A DNA stretch of 64,000 bases from Terracidiphilus sp. (GTDB taxonomy: Bacteria; Acidobacteriota; Terriglobia; Terriglobales; Acidobacteriaceae): positions 24,032 to 88,031 of the forward strand of contig JBEKUK010000004.1 of NCBI GenBank assembly GCA_049515155.1, written 5' to 3'. The first letter of the stretch is position 1. Every line of letters starts with the position of its first letter. The translations under genes were made by a program, and so were the position numbers. This document shows, in pieces, positions 47,340 through 56,581 of this stretch. The notes beneath the pieces were generated by a model that worked only from the letters and a program-made list of their open reading frames with translations, made no database searches and was not told the DNA's origin.

Positions 47340-49781
47340 ATGCCCGACTGCTGCGAAGTCGCGTTGCCCGTTCCTTTAGACCGCTTGTTCACCTATGCCG
47401 TTGGGGAAGGGCAGAATCCGCCGCGCGGGGCGCGCGTTATTGTGCCGTTCCGCAACGAGAAGCTGATCGGCGTGGTGGTGACGCTGAACGTTGCGGCTCC
47501 GCCCGATGTCGAGGTTCGGCAGATCGAGACAGTCCTTGACGACGAACCGCTTCTCAGCGAGCAACTGCTGAGCCTAGCGGAGTGGATGGCCGGCTACTAC
47601 CTGGCGCCGCTGGGCGAGGTGTTGCGCGGCATGTTGCCGTTGATGGCAGAGGTGCGGCGGACCGTTTTTTATCGCATCACCGACCTGGGCCGCGATGTGC
47701 TGGCCAAGCGCCTTGAGGACGAACACGGGGATCGGCAGGACATGGAGCATCGCGTATTGACGCGACTGTCTACGGGAGAGCCGGTGAAAGTTTCCACATT
47801 GCGGACAGCGACGGCGGCGACGCTGCCTCAGCTTGGGGCACTCGTTCGCCGCAAGTGGATTGCTCGCGAAACCGCTGCGGCGGAACGCGACGCGAGCCGT
47901 ACCGAGCGCTTCGTTGTTCTGGTGCCCGAAGCTCGCTTGCCAAAGCTCACCGACAAGCAGCAGGAGATTCTGGCGGAGTTGGCGGCCAACGACGGTGAAC
48001 TTGCGCTGGCTGAGCTACGGGCGCGGGAATTGTCCTCTTCCACGCTACAGACACTGGTACGGCGCGGTCTGGTGCGCATCGACGAGCGCCCGCGCGTCTT
48101 TCGACTCGGCGGTATTCGGCCAACCGCCGAAGCGATTCGACTGAGTGAGCCACAGACCGAGGCACTGGCTTCGATTGCCGGCGCGCTAGGGGGCTTTCGA
48201 CCGTTTCTTCTCCACGGCGTAACGGGATCGGGGAAGACAGCGGTTTACCTAGCTGCGATGCAGCGCGCGCTTGACCGCGGCCTTGCCTCAATTTTGCTGG
48301 TGCCCGAAATCGGCCTCACTCCGCAAAGCGCAGGTCTTCTGGACAGAGCATTTGGACGGCGCGTGGCGCTGCTTCACTCCGCGCTCACACCGGAGGAACG
48401 CAGCGAGCAGTGGCGGCGCATCCGCAGCGGGGATGCGCCGATTGTTGTGGGGACGCGCAGTGCCATCTTCGCTCCGACGCCGAATCTGGGCTTGATTCTT
48501 GTGGATGAGGAACACGACCAGAGTTACAAGCAGGAAGAGACGCCGCGCTACAACGCGCGCGATGTGGCGGTGATGCGCGCCAAGCTTGCGGGAGCGGTGG
48601 TGGTGATGGGCTCGGCAACGCCGGCGCTGGAGACGTGGCAGAACTCGGTGCGCGGCAAATATGCGCGGATCGAGATGCGCGATCGCGTGATGAATCGCCC
48701 GCTGCCCGAGGTGGAGCTCATCGACATGCGCAGCGAGTTTCAGCAGACGGGCCAGGATTCACTTTTCTCTCGTGCGTTGATTGAGCAGACACACGCAGCA
48801 TTGGAGCGTGGGGAGCAGGCACTGATTTTGTTGAACAGGCGCGGGTATTCGTTTGCGGTAATGTGCCGTGCCTGCGGCGAGAAGCTGGAGTGCCAGAACT
48901 GCGCGATCTCGCTGACGCATCACAAGCCCCCGGCCGAGGACGCGGGCGTTGCGCGTGAAGGGCAGCGGCTGGAGTGCCATTATTGCGGCTATCGGCGTAC
49001 GGTTCCCGCACGATGCCCGAAATGCGAGAGCGAGCATCTCTACTACCTGGGCGCCGGGTCGGAACAGGGCGAAGAGCGGCTGGCGGAGATTTTTCCCGGA
49101 GCGCGCATCGGGCGCATGGATCGCGATACGGTGCGCGGACGTTTCGATCTGGAACGGCTGCTGGCGCGATTGCATTCCGGCGAAATCAATCTGCTGGTGG
49201 GAACACAGATGATTGCGAAGGGCCACGACATTCACGGCGTGACGCTAGTGGGCGTGGTGGGCTGCGATCACTCGCTCTCCATGCCGGATTTCCGTGCGGC
49301 CGAACGCGTGTTTCAGCTGATGACACAGGTTTCGGGGCGCGCGGGCCGCGGCGACTTGCCGGGGCGCGTGGTGGTGCAGACCTACTATCCCGATCACTAT
49401 GCGATTCTGGCAGCGAGCAAGCATGACTACGCGAGTTTTGTGGAGCGCGAGCTGAAGTTCCGGCGCTGGATGCATTACCCGCCGTTCGGCGTGCTCGCCA
49501 ACGTGCTGGTGCAATCGCAGAAGTTAGAAGAGGCGGCGGCGTGGTCGGGCGAGATCGGCAAATGGTTCCAGAAGACGGCGCCCGAAGGTGTGCGCGTGCT
49601 GGGGCCGTGCACGGCGCCGATTGCGCGGATCAAAGGGACGTATCGGTTCCATTTGATTCTCAAAGCCTCGTCGCGCAAGGCATTGAACGCGGCTTTGCGC
49701 GGAATGCTTGGGCATGCGGACGGGGCGGGCGTTCCGCGGCGGAATCTAGTGGTCGATGTGGATGCGCTGCGGCTGATGTAA
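47340..49781 (+). CDS. priA: Primosomal protein N' (replication restart helicase PriA)
   Basis: CEVALPVPLDRLFTY; Walker A GVTGSGKT; DEEHD box; Cys-rich zinc region CRACGEKLECQNC...CHYCG...CPKC. Confidence 0.94.
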   Translation: MPDCCEVALPVPLDRLFTYAVGEGQNPPRGARVIVPFRNEKLIGVVVTLNVAAPPDVEVRQIETVLDDEPLLSEQLLSLAEWMAGYYLAPLGEVLRGMLPLMAEVRRTVFYRITDLGRDVLAKRLEDEHGDRQDMEHRVLTRLSTGEPVKVSTLRTATAATLPQLGALVRRKWIARETAAAERDASRTERFVVLVPEARLPKLTDKQQEILAELAANDGELALAELRARELSSSTLQTLVRRGLVRIDERPRVFRLGGIRPTAEAIRLSEPQTEALASIAGALGGFRPFLLHGVTGSGKTAVYLAAMQRALDRGLASILLVPEIGLTPQSAGLLDRAFGRRVALLHSALTPEERSEQWRRIRSGDAPIVVGTRSAIFAPTPNLGLILVDEEHDQSYKQEETPRYNARDVAVMRAKLAGAVVVMGSATPALETWQNSVRGKYARIEMRDRVMNRPLPEVELIDMRSEFQQTGQDSLFSRALIEQTHAALERGEQALILLNRRGYSFAVMCRACGEKLECQNCAISLTHHKPPAEDAGVAREGQRLECHYCGYRRTVPARCPKCESEHLYYLGAGSEQGEERLAEIFPGARIGRMDRDTVRGRFDLERLLARLHSGEINLLVGTQMIAKGHDIHGVTLVGVVGCDHSLSMPDFRAAERVFQLMTQVSGRAGRGDLPGRVVVQTYYPDHYAILAASKHDYASFVERELKFRRWMHYPPFGVLANVLVQSQKLEEAAAWSGEIGKWFQKTAPEGVRVLGPCTAPIARIKGTYRFHLILKASSRKALNAALRGMLGHADGAGVPRRNLVVDVDALRLM

Positions 49782-50009
49782 CCACCTGCGGTGGGGCAGA
49801 CGCTCGCTGTTCGCTCGCAGGGGGTTTGTGCTTTCCCACCTTTGCGCGAGAGGAAAGGACACGGCCGTTCGAGCCCGGGCCTGAAGGCCGCATTCTTTGG
49901 GGCATTTTTTCAGGGGGTTGAAACCCCCTGCTCCCTCCGATGTCTTTCAGGAGGTTGAAAATCCCTGCTCCCTCCGATGTCTTCTGCGAGCGTCTTTCCC
50001 ACCGCATGT
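49782..50009. repeat. MITE-like REP composite with inverted termini (locus 4)
   Basis: The left end ccacctgcggtggggcagacgctcgc (49782-49807) and right end gcgagcgtctttcccaccgcatgtgg (49984-50009) are near reverse complements. The unit fills the whole gap between the priA stop and the M50 protease stop. Confidence 0.6.
49911..49984. repeat. Tandem duplication of a 37-nt hairpin unit
   Basis: Unit 1 is cagggggttgaaaccccctgctccctccgatgtcttt (49911-49947). Unit 2 is caggaggttgaaaatccctgctccctccgatgtcttc (49948-49984). They are directly adjacent with no spacer. Confidence 0.85.
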
Positions 50010-50011
50010 GG

Positions 50012-51109
50012 CTAGGGGGCGGAGCGGAAGGGGTCGATGTGGAAGAAGTGCATGAGGGAATTGTCGTGGAAGGGGGTGGGGGTGAAGGTGAGCAGAAAGA
50101 TGATCACGGCGACTACGGCAAGACCGACGCGGCGCTCGCTGAGCGCGGGTGTGACGGAGACCTTGGGATGGCGCATGGCGGGAATCATGAGGAAGATGCC
50201 CCAGAGGATCCAGCCGACCCAGTAGAGCGTTCCGAGAATGAAGAGCAGGATAGGGAGGAAGTTGGTGACAACTTTGTGGGCTTTGGGCGAGACGGAGTAG
50301 AGGATATGTCCGCCGTCGAGTTGGCCGCCGGGAATGAGATTGAGCGAGGTAATGAAGAGGCCGATCCAGCCGGCGACGAGGACGGGGTGCGGCGCAATGT
50401 GATCGAAGGAAGGAATGGAAGGATCCCATTGCACCAGGATGCCGTGGATGAGGCGAATCGAAAGCGGTTCACTGCCGAAGACGACGATTGCGGAGGGCGC
50501 GTTAGCCGAGGTGTGGAAGCTGAGAGCGAAGCCGACAGCGACGGCGATGGTGGAGGCGATGTAGCCGGCGAGGGGTCCGTAGAAGCCGACGTCCATGAGG
50601 GCATCGCGATTGGGAATGCGATTGCGGATCTGGATGACGGCGCCGGCCGTGCCGCTGAGGGTGGGAGCGGGCAGAACCCAGGGAAGCGTGGCGCGAATTT
50701 TGTGATGGAGGCAGGCGAAGTAGTGACCGAACTCATGGATGAGGAGGATGCCGAGCAGAGAAAAGGAGAAGGCCCAGCCGGTCTTGAACATTTCGGGGTG
50801 ATCGGCGAGCCAGCCCCAGGGCCAGAGGTCGCTGTCGCGCACAACGGGCGGCAGGCCTTCAAGGAAGTTCTGCATGAAGCGAGCGCCGTTGGCGGTTGTG
50901 GTGAGAACGCTGATGCCGAGCAGAAGCAGGGGCAGGCCGTATTCGCGGAAACGCGAGCGCGCGGGAGCTTTCGTCCGTGTAGCGGGGGCGACGGCGAGGA
51001 GGTTTTCAGGCGACGAACCGGGCCTGGGCCGCACAAGAGCACCCTCACCTGAATGTTGGATGGCGGGCGCGTCGACCGATACGGTTGGCTCAGCTATGCG
51101 GTGCGGCAC
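50012..51109 (-). CDS. Site-2 protease family (peptidase M50) membrane metalloprotease
   Basis: LLIHEFGHYFA HExxH motif within a multi-TM protein, and NLIPGGQLDGGH second motif. The annotated start overlaps the HU gene 3' end, so the true start may be an internal alternative codon. Confidence 0.83.
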   Translation of the reverse strand: MPHRIAEPTVSVDAPAIQHSGEGALVRPRPGSSPENLLAVAPATRTKAPARSRFREYGLPLLLLGISVLTTTANGARFMQNFLEGLPPVVRDSDLWPWGWLADHPEMFKTGWAFSFSLLGILLIHEFGHYFACLHHKIRATLPWVLPAPTLSGTAGAVIQIRNRIPNRDALMDVGFYGPLAGYIASTIAVAVGFALSFHTSANAPSAIVVFGSEPLSIRLIHGILVQWDPSIPSFDHIAPHPVLVAGWIGLFITSLNLIPGGQLDGGHILYSVSPKAHKVVTNFLPILLFILGTLYWVGWILWGIFLMIPAMRHPKVSVTPALSERRVGLAVVAVIIFLLTFTPTPFHDNSLMHFFHIDPFRSAP

Positions 51110-51380
51110 CGTTGTCCAATGAGTGCAATTCTTTGCCCGGTTTGAAGCGAACAGCTTTACCCGGGGTTATGCTCACTTCGGTGCCGGTGCGGGGATTGCG
51201 ACCGATACCTGTTTTGCGGGCACGAACGCTAAAAACGCCGAATCCGCGCAATTCGATGCGCTCGCCGGCCGCGAGGGCCTGTTTCAGGCCTTCGAAGACC
51301 GTATCCACCGCAGCCTCCGCCTTGGTTCGCGGCAGGCCCGTGCGCTCGATTACGTGATGGACGATGTCCTGTTTGATCAA
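51090..51380 (-). CDS. HU/IHF family DNA-binding protein
   Basis: MIKQDIVHHVIERTGLPRTKAEAAVDTVFEGLKQALAAGERIELRGFGVFSVRARKTGIGRNPRTGTEVSITPGKAVRFKPGKEL is a full-length HU/IHF fold signature. Confidence 0.92.
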   Translation of the reverse strand: MIKQDIVHHVIERTGLPRTKAEAAVDTVFEGLKQALAAGERIELRGFGVFSVRARKTGIGRNPRTGTEVSITPGKAVRFKPGKELHSLDNGAAPHS

Positions 51381-51664
51381 AGGGGTGACCTCGCTGGCGC
51401 GACTGGAATGACTGTACTACGACTTACGGTGTTGATGCTACAGGTTTTGCTGGGATTTAGGAATAGTCCAAAAGTGGAAATCGGCATTTTTCGAGGGAAC
51501 GAATGGGCGGCGACGTGCCGCCGGTCACACCTATTGAGTCAAAAGCCTGAAAATTGTTGTGGATGATTGTCAATCGGAGGGCGGCTTCCGTAGAATCAAC
51601 GAAAACCTTTCCGCCGCCGTCAAATTTTGCCGGACAGGAAACGGCAAATCAATTCAGGGGTACC

Positions 51665-52219
51665 ATGTCCATACAAAGTGACCGTTGGATCCGGGAGCAA
51701 GCGCTCAAGCACCGGATGATTGAGCCTTTCAGCGAAAAGCAGGTGCGCGAGGGCGTTATCTCCTACGGTCTTTCTTCTTATGGGTATGACCTTCGAGTTT
51801 CAGACGAATTTAAAATATTCACCAATGTGAACAGCGCAATCATCGATCCCAAAGCCTTTGACGAGCGGTCGTTCGTTTCAGTGCAGGCGGACTCGGTGAT
51901 TGTTCCCCCGAATTCCTTCGCGTTGGCACGCTCTATTGAATACTTTCGTATTCCCAGGGATGTACTGACGATCTGCGTTGGAAAGTCGACCTATGCGCGT
52001 TGCGGGATCATTGTGAACGTGACGCCATTCGAGCCGGAGTGGGAGGGTTTTGTGACCCTTGAGATTTCAAATACCACGCCGTTACCGGCCAAGGTCTATG
52101 CCAACGAGGGGTTGTGCCAGATTTTGTTCTTTCGTTCCGATGAAGTTTGCGAAATAAGCTACGCGGACAGGAAAGGCAAGTACCAGAATCAGCAGGGAAT
52201 CGTGCTTCCCAAACTTTAG
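51665..52219 (+). CDS. dcd: dCTP deaminase
   Basis: MSIQSDRWI...MIEPF......[14 protein letters not shown]...[10 protein letters not shown]...EPEWEG..TLEISN are canonical Dcd motifs. Confidence 0.94.
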   Translation: MSIQSDRWIREQALKHRMIEPFSEKQVREGVISYGLSSYGYDLRVSDEFKIFTNVNSAIIDPKAFDERSFVSVQADSVIVPPNSFALARSIEYFRIPRDVLTICVGKSTYARCGIIVNVTPFEPEWEGFVTLEISNTTPLPAKVYANEGLCQILFFRSDEVCEISYADRKGKYQNQQGIVLPKL

Positions 52220-52373
52220 CGTTTGAAGGCTGGGGAAGGCCGCTGGGACTTGTGCTTCAATTCGGTGAAAACGGAATGCGTTGCCAGGCTCTATCCCTGA
52301 CGGCGTGAAAAATCGGCAAAGCCCATACATGGAATTGGGAAGGGACGATTTTTCCATGCGCAACACCGGGGCC

Positions 52374-53042
52374 ATGAACATCGGATTAGTTTCGGATCAT
52401 CCTATCCGTCTTGAAGGTCTGACTACAGTTTTTGATTTGCCGGAAGAGAATGGCGAATCCGCCTTGTTTCCCGTCGCCGGCACTTTGTCCGACCTGCTCA
52501 CACGCACAGACATCGATTATCTTGTCCTGGATATGCAGGCTGCAGACGGCGGTGTCGCGCTGCTCGATTCGGTCCGCCGGGTTCGTCCTTCGCTGCACGT
52601 AATCGTGATTGGCCCGGAAGGGCAGGACGAGGTGGTGCTGGAATCGATCATCGCGGGCGCGCGGGCATATCTGGACGTGAATGCGGACGCATCCACGGTT
52701 CGGCACGCGCTCGAAACCGTGACAAGCGGCTCGATCTGGGCATCGCGTCGGTTGCTTTCGAAGCTGGTGGACAGGCTCCTTAAAGCGCCGGACTCTGCGC
52801 CGACCGTCGCGCCACACCTGACGACCCGCGAAAATGAGGTGCTCGAATTGATCCTGCTGGCGCGTTCCAATCGGGAGATTGCGCACCAGCTCGGCATTGA
52901 AGAGCGCACGGTGAAGGCCCATGTAGGAAGGCTGATGCGGAAGACGGGCGCCGACAACCGTGTTGAGCTGACCATGCGCGCGCTGAACCACGCCCACGCC
53001 CACCGTAATGGACACCATTTCGGGCACGCCTCCTGGAATTGA
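52374..53042 (+). CDS. LuxR/NarL-family regulator with an atypical receiver-like N-terminal domain
   Basis: C-terminal HTH LTTRENEVLELILLARSNREIAHQLGIEERTVKAHVGRLMRKTG. The N-terminal REC-like fold has SD instead of the DD pair and no obvious conserved Lys. The start is 52374 or 52356. Confidence 0.8.
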   Translation: MNIGLVSDHPIRLEGLTTVFDLPEENGESALFPVAGTLSDLLTRTDIDYLVLDMQAADGGVALLDSVRRVRPSLHVIVIGPEGQDEVVLESIIAGARAYLDVNADASTVRHALETVTSGSIWASRRLLSKLVDRLLKAPDSAPTVAPHLTTRENEVLELILLARSNREIAHQLGIEERTVKAHVGRLMRKTGADNRVELTMRALNHAHAHRNGHHFGHASWN

Positions 53043-53168
53043 GCACGACTGCAGGGGTGGCAACTGGCGGGGGCAAATGTTTACTAGTGCGATACCGACA
53101 CGGTTACTTTCAGCTACACGCCTTCAGTTATCTTGATGATGTTGAAAAATGGCCGGAAACTCATTCAT

Positions 53169-53244
53169 AGAAACAACGCAGATCTGGGGAAGGAGTTCCC
53201 ACGCTTCATGTTTTCCATGGAGTGAGGGAACTCCTCTTTTTTTT
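53169..53244 (+). ncRNA. Candidate small RNA / terminator-bearing module, copy 1
   Basis: Conserved 5' segment agaaacaacgcagatctgggg, then a 10-bp hairpin (aggagttccc at 53191-53200 pairs with gggaactcct at 53226-53235) and a run of 8 T. It has the same architecture and 29 identical nt as the copy at 53429. Confidence 0.35.
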
Positions 53245-53428
53245 GTTTCTGACAACCGGCTCGTCACGTTCTCCACTTCATCGACAATCTATTGAACGCG
53301 CCTTCGGCCCCGGGGCTTGGATTATGTCGAATGCGATTTTTACTAGACAGTAAACACCGCGCATTACTTTGAACCAGTACCCTTCGGTGACGTTGTCATA
53401 AAGTGGTCGTGGTTGCAAACTAATCCTC

Positions 53429-53507
53429 AGAAACAACGCAGATCTGGGGAAGGAGTTTCCAGGCATCCTGTGATCCAGGGGCTCGGAAACTCCTCTTTTT
53501 CTGTTTT
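53429..53507 (+). ncRNA. Candidate small RNA / terminator-bearing module, copy 2
   Basis: agaaacaacgcagatctgggg, then a hairpin (aggagtttcc at 53451-53460 pairs with ggaaactcct at 53485-53494) and a T-rich tail. One stem pair is C:G in copy 1 and T:A here, which is a compensatory change. Confidence 0.35.
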
Positions 53508-53777
53508 GGGATCCAGGGCGAGCGGTCGTCCTTCCATTTTCCGGAACGCCGCACATGCGGATCGACTCACTGCTCTTTTGGGGACGGTCGCAGGGAAAAT
53601 CTTTGCATTGACGAGGCGGATTCTGCTGAAGCGCTGTGTCGGTGCGGCGAGTCGGGGTAGTGGGGCTTGATGCTGTACCCTGTTTCAGGATCAGCTCTGC
53701 AAAGCCGCGTTGGACTGCGCGTCGAATAGACTCATCCCAGCGCCGGCACTCGGCAGCGAAACGAAAGGAATCTTCCT

Positions 53778-54467
53778 ATGAAAAGAAAAATCGCCAGCGT
53801 CTGCTTCTCGGTTGTTTTTCTATGCACAGCTTCCTGGGCCTCGACCCGCGAAGATCTCCAGGCTCGCGTCGATTCAGCCAAAACAGTTCTGGACCAGATC
53901 ATGAACGCGAAAGACGCCACAATTCCGTTGAACATTTTGCAACAGGCCACGTGTGTGGGAGTGGTTCCAGGGCTGATCAAGGGCGCATTCCTGGTGGGCG
54001 CGCAGTACGGGCAAGGCGTGGTGACGTGCCGGACGGGACATGGATGGAGCGCGCCGGTATTCATCCGCATGGCGGGCGGTTCGTTTGGCTTCCAGATCGG
54101 CGGGCAATCGACCGACCTGATTCTGGTTGCGGTGAACGATCGCGGCTTCCAGGATTTGCTGAAGAACAAGTTCAAGATTGGCGGAGACGCTTCGGCGGCC
54201 GCGGGTCCGGTGGGGCGCAACGGAAGCGCGGCGACAGACTGGAAGATGAACGCTGAGCTTTTGAGCTATTCTCGCAATAAAGGGTTGTTCGCTGGAATTG
54301 ACCTGGATGGAACGAGCGTGAGCCAGAACTCCGAGGACACCGAGCTTTATTACGGGCAGGCGCATCGGTTTGAGACGGTGCTCAAGGGCGAGGTAGATGT
54401 TCCGCCGGGTGCAGTTGAGTTTGTGCGTGACGTGGCTCAGACTTTTGTGCGTGCAAAGAACCAGTAG
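53778..54467 (+). CDS. SYLF (DUF500 / Ysc84-like) lipid-binding domain protein, secreted
   Basis: Signal peptide. IPLNILQQATCVGVVPGLIKGAFLVGAQYGQGVVTCR...WSAPVFIRMAGGSFGFQIGGQSTDLILV...KFKIGGDASAAAGPVGR is the SYLF domain signature. Confidence 0.85.
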   Translation: MKRKIASVCFSVVFLCTASWASTREDLQARVDSAKTVLDQIMNAKDATIPLNILQQATCVGVVPGLIKGAFLVGAQYGQGVVTCRTGHGWSAPVFIRMAGGSFGFQIGGQSTDLILVAVNDRGFQDLLKNKFKIGGDASAAAGPVGRNGSAATDWKMNAELLSYSRNKGLFAGIDLDGTSVSQNSEDTELYYGQAHRFETVLKGEVDVPPGAVEFVRDVAQTFVRAKNQ

Positions 54468-54491
54468 CTTTACCCTCGGGGGAGGGTGAGA

Positions 54492-54527
54492 GGGGGCGGC
54501 GGATATCTGCCGTCCCCTTTCGTGTTT
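54492..54527 (+). terminator. Candidate intrinsic terminator after the SYLF gene
   Basis: Stem gggggcggc (54492-54500), loop ggatatct, stem gccgtcccc (54509-54517) with one bulge, then tttcgtgttt. Confidence 0.45.
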
Positions 54528-54596
54528 AAGATTGCGGACCAGCGAACGGGATCATTCCGTCTTCGGCCAGAGCTAAACTGGTGTTTGCCTTCCACA

Positions 54597-55499
54597 ATGA
54601 GGGAAAACCTTGAATATTGGCTGGTGATGGCCCTAGCACGCGCGCTGGGGTGGATGCCTCGCGGATTGGCGCGCCTGCTGGCCGATTTTCTTGCCTTTTC
54701 GGTCTATCATGCGCTGAGCCGTCTGCGCAGAGTGGGGGAACGCAATCTGGAACTGGCGTTACCCGAGCTGAAATCTCCAGAACAGCGAGCGGAGATCCTG
54801 CGGGGAGTCTATCGGCACCTTGGGTGGCAACTGGTGGAGTTTTGCCGGATGGCGCGCTACACGCCTGAGAACACGAAGAACTGGATCCGCACCGAGGGAC
54901 TGGAGCACTACCTGGCGGCGCAGGCACGCGGCAAAGGGGTGCTGATCGTGACCGGGCATCTGGGCGCGTGGGAATTGTCAAGCTTTTACCATTCGCTGAT
55001 GGGCTATCCGATGGGAATGGTAATTCGGCGGCTCGATAATCGACGCCTGGACGAATATGTAAACGCCATTCGCTGTATGCATGGAAACCGTGTGCTGCAC
55101 AAAGACGATTTCGCACGTGGGCTTTTGACAGCGATGCGAGGGGGAGAGACAGTGGGGATTCTGATGGACACCAACATGCGGCCTCCGCAGGGGGTGTTCG
55201 TGGAGTTCTTCGGGCATCAGGCATGCACGGCATCCGGACTGGCTCGAGTGGCGCTGAAGACGGGCGCGGCGGTGCTGCCGGGGTTCATGGTGTGGGAAAC
55301 GGCAGAAAAAAAGTATGTGCTGCGGTTTGGGCCGGAGCTTGGCTTTGCGCAGAGCGGCGATGCAGAAGCGGATGCGCTGGCTGCGACGCAGATGTGTGCT
55401 GCGGCCACGGAAGATTGGATCCGGCGCTATCCTGACCAGTGGCTGTGGATTCATCGGCGGTGGAAGACGCGGCCGGCAGGCGAGCCGGCGCTATATTGA
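54597..55499 (+). CDS. Lipid A biosynthesis (LpxL/HtrB-type) lysophospholipid acyltransferase family protein
   Basis: N-terminal anchor; [12 protein letters not shown] (HX4D-type region of the LpxL family); ending [14 protein letters not shown], which is typical of the lauroyl/myristoyl acyltransferase family. Confidence 0.8.
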   Translation: MRENLEYWLVMALARALGWMPRGLARLLADFLAFSVYHALSRLRRVGERNLELALPELKSPEQRAEILRGVYRHLGWQLVEFCRMARYTPENTKNWIRTEGLEHYLAAQARGKGVLIVTGHLGAWELSSFYHSLMGYPMGMVIRRLDNRRLDEYVNAIRCMHGNRVLHKDDFARGLLTAMRGGETVGILMDTNMRPPQGVFVEFFGHQACTASGLARVALKTGAAVLPGFMVWETAEKKYVLRFGPELGFAQSGDAEADALAATQMCAAATEDWIRRYPDQWLWIHRRWKTRPAGEPALY

Positions 55500-55519
55500 A
55501 AGCGGACATCGAGGTGGGC

Positions 55520-56563
55520 ATGAAATTGGGCGAGCTGATCGAAGCGCTGGGCGGCGAACTTCTGCAGGGAAGTCCGGAGTTTGTGGCTCGCGGCGTGAAT
55601 TCGGCCGTTTTCGCCGGCCCTGCGGAGATTGTGTTTGCGGAAGATGCGGCCTCTGGCGAACAAGCGTTTGCGAGTGGCAGCGAGGTGATTGTTCTTCGAT
55701 CCGCGAGCGCGGAAAACCTTGCGAGATTTTCCGGCAAGAAGGTGATCGTCACCACCCAGCCCCGGTTGTGGTTTGCGCGTGCGGGGAAGCTGTTGAGGCC
55801 CGCTCCAGCCGCGATGGGTGTGCATGCGACCGCGGTTGTCGGCGCGGATGTCGAGCTTGGCGAGGGTGTTTCGATCGGGCCAGGCGCGGTGATTGGCGAC
55901 AATGCGCGGATTGGGTCAGGAAGCCGCATCGAGGCGGGCGCGGTGATTGGCGAAGGTGTTCGCATGGGCAAGGTCTGCCGCATTTATCCGCGTGCGGTGC
56001 TCTATGCGGGGACGATGCTGGGAAACCGCGTTGTGGTTCATGCAGGCGCGGTGCTTGGCGCGGACGGATTTGGGTATGTGCGCGACGCCGAATCCGGGGC
56101 TTACACGCAATTTCCGCAACAGGGAACGCTGGTGATTGAGGACGACGTGGAGATTGGCGCCAACTCGACGATCGATCGCGGTGCGCTGGAAGAGACGCGG
56201 GTGCGGCGCGGGACGAAGATCGATAACCTGGTGCACATCGGACACAACTGCGATATTGGCGAAGACGTCGTCCTGGTGATGGGAACCGGGATCTCCGGTT
56301 CAAGCAGCGTGGGCAAAGGTGCGGTACTCGCGGGTCAGGTGGGCATTGGGGATCATGCACACGTGGGGCCGGGAGTGATTCTGGGCGGGCAGGCGGGTGT
56401 GTTGAGCGGCAAGACCGTCACCAACGATGGTTTGAAGCCGGGGACGGTGCTGTGGGGCACGCCGGCGCGGCCGTTGCCGCAGGTGTTGCGCGAGATTGCG
56501 ATTGTGGGGCGAATGGCGAAGCGATCACGCAAGACCTCAGCGATCGACAAGAACGGCGAGTGA
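55520..56563 (+). CDS. lpxD: UDP-3-O-acylglucosamine N-acyltransferase
   Basis: [15 protein letters not shown]-terminal domain; long left-handed beta-helix hexapeptide repeats; FGY...G......[20 protein letters not shown] core. Confidence 0.92.
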   Translation: MKLGELIEALGGELLQGSPEFVARGVNSAVFAGPAEIVFAEDAASGEQAFASGSEVIVLRSASAENLARFSGKKVIVTTQPRLWFARAGKLLRPAPAAMGVHATAVVGADVELGEGVSIGPGAVIGDNARIGSGSRIEAGAVIGEGVRMGKVCRIYPRAVLYAGTMLGNRVVVHAGAVLGADGFGYVRDAESGAYTQFPQQGTLVIEDDVEIGANSTIDRGALEETRVRRGTKIDNLVHIGHNCDIGEDVVLVMGTGISGSSSVGKGAVLAGQVGIGDHAHVGPGVILGGQAGVLSGKTVTNDGLKPGTVLWGTPARPLPQVLREIAIVGRMAKRSRKTSAIDKNGE

Positions 56564-56581
56564 AGGCGGAGACAACGAGGG

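Noticed and set aside
49855-49885. tRNA T-arm-like string ggccgttcgagcccgggcc
   Set aside because: The flanking bases do not form a 5-bp T stem or an acceptor stem. It lies inside the REP composite element.
49911-49984. Possible CRISPR repeats (37-nt units with an internal stem and gttgaaa motif)
   Set aside because: There are only two units, directly abutting with no spacer. No further repeats or cas genes are nearby, and the units are embedded in a REP/MITE-like element.
53278-53556. 92-aa minus-strand ORF between and overlapping the twin sRNA-like modules
   Set aside because: It has no RBS or motifs and an odd composition. It overlaps the second terminator hairpin in antisense, and the region is better explained by the repeated modules.
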